The notes beneath the pieces were generated by a model. That model saw nothing but the letters and a program-made list of their open reading frames with translations. It made no database searches and was not told where the DNA came from. Positions 60,971-64,000 of a stretch of DNA of 64,000 nucleotides are shown here, piece after piece. A program made the translations under genes and the position numbers. The stretch is from Anthoceros angustus (lineage: Eukaryota > Plantae > Anthocerotophyta), in the NCBI GenBank assembly GCA_010909165.1, contig VJWM01000239.1, positions 62,001 through 126,000 on the forward strand, written 5' to 3'. Within the stretch, counting starts at the first letter, position 1. Every line of letters starts with the position of its first letter.

Positions 60971-61434
60971 ACAAATTGAATGGGTGGGTATGGCATGTAA
61001 AAAGTAGAAAAATACCCAAGAAAATTACAACATGAACCTAGTGTCTTTGATCATCATCATCCTTCTTTCATATAAAATATCAACACTAGAACATGAACCT
61101 ATTGTCTTTGATCATCATCATTCCTGTTTCATATAAAATATCAACACTAGAACATGAACCTATTGTCTTTGATCATCGTCATTCCTATTTCACATAAAAT
61201 ATCAACAAAAGATATGCAGTATTAAAAGAGCACACAATCTATAATAACTTTCCACAAGTAGGTCTCATCTCATGCAAATACATACATGTCATACAATTTC
61301 TATCATAAGAGAAGAGTAAGATCACAAGTTAAGATGATGATATTTTATCATGTAATATTTTAAAATATTAATGTCAATATTTTTTTTACGTATTATCATA
61401 ACATAATGGTGAACGCTGAGACTTCAAAAATATG

Positions 61435-62420
61435 CATATATGTATGGAAAACCTGATCCAAGATCTAAAATACAATTGGTTTGAAGACTCCAAAAAGAAA
61501 TCATGTGAGGACCGTAGGACAAAAAAATAGAACGACATAAATGATGGCTACAGTATGAGCCTGCATTGTGTACTTTCTCACACATAACAGTAACCAAGAT
61601 AACGTCAAAAAAGCCGCCCGTACTGCCCGGCAAGCCACAAATCGCACGTTCCAGGCGCCACAAACTTTTTGTGGCAACGATGCGTCCCAAGTGCCCAAAT
61701 CAGGCGTGCACTTCCGCTGCTGCAAGGGAAAAAGTGCAAAAGAAGGAAGTCGCGATCCACGATGAGTCCACAGAGCAATGCAGACTAGGGCCCAGCCTGG
61801 ACCAATCCCAGCGTTCGAATTCCATCAAGCCCATTCCGGGTATTGCCTTTCTGCAGCACATTGATTTAATGGAATGTTACCCGGCGGGAGACATGGAGGG
61901 CTGCTGGGCGAATGGAATGCGGGCGGCCCCGACAGTCCCCGTGCGAACGTGGGGTCTGAGCTCAAAGGGCACATTAGCATTGATGGATGCGTGTCGCTTT
62001 GCTTCCCATGGCGATTCCACTTTAGGGCATCGCATTTGCCCGCCAGGGACCTGTCCCACTGCACACTTGGCGCATTTGCTTGCCCTCCTAGTTCTGATCC
62101 CTGCAATCTCGCATCGCTCGACCCCTTGTGTTGCGAAAGCGTCACGTCTCTTTTTACTGCCGGCTCGTGGAGGAGAGCCCTTGGCGCAGTGACATGACCT
62201 GCTCCTTGTGCTCGCTGCACTGCTCGGAACCACGGCCGCCGGCAGGACGACGTCTCAATGTTAGGGTTCCAAGAATGTGGTGCCATGACGATGGCTTGCT
62301 GGTGATGTCTCCCTTGCACCGGAATTCCCTGCCCATGTACCAAGTGTCTTACCAGATGTGCGCGGCCAACAACCATCAAAGATACCGGAGAATCCGAATC
62401 CTTGATATGCGATACCTTCC
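61435..62420. repeat. ~1-kb diverged direct repeat, copy 2
   Basis: see 59225-60260. Confidence 0.85.
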
Positions 62421-62472
62421 TTGATTTCACAGCAGAGCAGAGGGGAGCTGGTCTGGTTTGGTGCAACATTGA

Positions 62473-63275
62473 ATGGCGACTAAGAAAAGAATCCGCGATC
62501 TGACAATCGGTCCTCTCCTTTTAATATTATTTGGCATGCAAATTGTTCAGCTGGCTCTTGCTGGATCCGAACAGCGACATTACAGCAGTAATACAACAAC
62601 TCTCAATGGTAGTACTCCTATTCCAAGTACACTTGTCACTTGCTTACAATTGTGTAGGCTCAGCCTCAAATTTCCTACATCAATAATTCAGGATTTAATG
62701 TTATTGTAAGGGAAGTTTGCCGACATGCTATGATATCGGGATCAATTGGATTGACCTCAGCTCTAGCTGCTCTCCACCACCTACTAGTTTGGCGCCCAGA
62801 ATCCCGAGCGGCTTATGCAGCTACTGCCTTAATTGATGTCTCTTTATCTTTGCTTGCACTTGGGTAATTCTATTTTATAAGCTAACTTCATGAAAACGTA
62901 TCTTTATTCGTATTAAAAAAACTTTAATCAGATTAGATATCAAATAACATATATATAAATATAATTAAAAATATAATAAAATTTTCGTCTGTAGGTATTC
63001 TTGCAAAAATATTCGCAACGGAATGCATCATCCAAAAGATAAAGAAATGGTAAAGTAGCTTGTGAAGTTCGGTTGAATTTTTTTGCAGAACAAAAGTTGC
63101 AAATGGAAAAAAAGCCAAAATTTATAAATGGATGAAAAAATATTAATTGGATTATTCTTCTTTGCAGAATCCATTGGATTCATTTGTCATTATTGTCGCA
63201 GCCCTTAAATTGCTTCAGATTGGATTGCTACTTAATCCCCTTTGCCCAACTTTTTCTGCTCTGGAAGACAACTGA
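62473..63275 (+). CDS. AWPM-19-like membrane protein
   Basis: Spliced model: MATKKRIRDLTIGPLLLILFGMQIVQLALAG...GSTPIP / ...MISGSIGLTSALAALHHLLVWRPESRAAYAATALIDVSLSLLALG / YSCKNIRNG... / NPLDSFVIIVAALKLLQIGLLL...DN*. Parallels the AWPM-19 pattern (GPLL; H-xx-WR-ES-A; LACK; L[ED]-F-II). Confidence 0.7.
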
Positions 63276-63553
63276 ATGCTGTTTACAAAGTTATGTGGTG
63301 CTGTTACCTTTTAAGTGGATGATGATTGACTTTTAACCCAAAAATTCAATAAGCATTTCAAAGAAAAGATTAAATGATGATATTTTCTCTATTGATTTTT
63401 ATAAATTAAAATATTTAAATACTTATAAAAAAGTGTCTAAACATATTTTATTTTTGTAAGGAAATTTTTAGGGCTACAAGAATTGATAGGAACACCATAC
63501 TAGTAAGAGCATACTTTATATGACATTGAAGTAGTTTTAAAAACCCATTCACA

Positions 63554-64000
63554 ATGGTATGCTTTTGTCTTTATAAGTAGTCGAATATATGGTGAGACAC
63601 CATAATTTTAGTAATTTCATGCATGAAACATTGTTATGCAGATTCAATTTGTGCTAGTTATGAGTAGACAAGGTAAGATTCGGTTATCCAAATGGTATAC
63701 TCCTTATTCTCAAAAGGAGAGAGCTAAGGTAAACAAAATTCATGTGTCATCTCTATATTACAGATAAAGATATGAATATTCATCTCTATGCTTTTTAATC
63801 ATCTGCGTAAAGGAGATTGTACTTTGGGGCTTCAGATAGTGAGGGAAGTAAGCAGCCTATTTATTAACAGAGGACAAAAACTTTGCAACTTCGTGGAATG
63901 GCAGAATTATCGAATTGTATATAAGCGGTATTGCATGGTATTTGTTATGCAAATTATCTTGGAGAAGAAATAAGGGAAAAAATATTTTTGACAAGAAGAC
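63554..64000 (+). CDS. AP1S: AP-1 clathrin adaptor sigma subunit, 5' part (runs off the right edge)
   Basis: ATG|intron 63557-63641; IQFVLVMSRQGKIRLSKWYTPYSQKERAK; intron 63729-63835; IVREVSSLFINRGQKLCNFVEWQNYRIVYKR, then a donor at 63928. Confidence 0.88.

Overview
This is eukaryotic nuclear DNA from a compact, gene-dense non-seed land plant genome. Introns are about 70-150 bp, there is a sperm-axoneme gene (CFAP73/CCDC42 family) and a PLS-PPR remnant, so a hornwort or lycophyte is the likely source (inference). Host genes, left to right: 11S-globulin-like cupin (partial), PIA2/ANK6-like ankyrin, BCE2 (branched-chain ketoacid dehydrogenase E2), an intronless B-type cyclin, a U-box/ARM E3 ligase, plastid RPS17, RUS1, a second RPS17, CFAP73, an AWPM-19-like gene and AP-1 sigma (partial). 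From 11.8 to 39.5 kb there is an unstable accessory block. It holds a 1.85-kb tandem duplication of the U-box 3' half and a four-copy tandem array of a [U-box 3' fragment + 48-bp palindromic minisatellite + OTU deubiquitinase] unit. An 11.3-kb CACTA transposon interrupts the array; its TIRs, TGG target duplication and an empty paralogous site are all visible. A decayed chromoviral Ty3/gypsy follows. The right part holds a ~2.6-kb inverted duplication (RPS17 kept, RUS1 5' end decayed), a copia remnant, and an intronless GC-rich orphan ORF with a degenerate uracil-DNA-glycosylase-like motif series whose tail and 3' flank recur 3.8 kb downstream. Many frameshifts in the repeated block are homopolymer-length differences and may be long-read assembly errors. 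There is no CRISPR, rRNA or intact tRNA.
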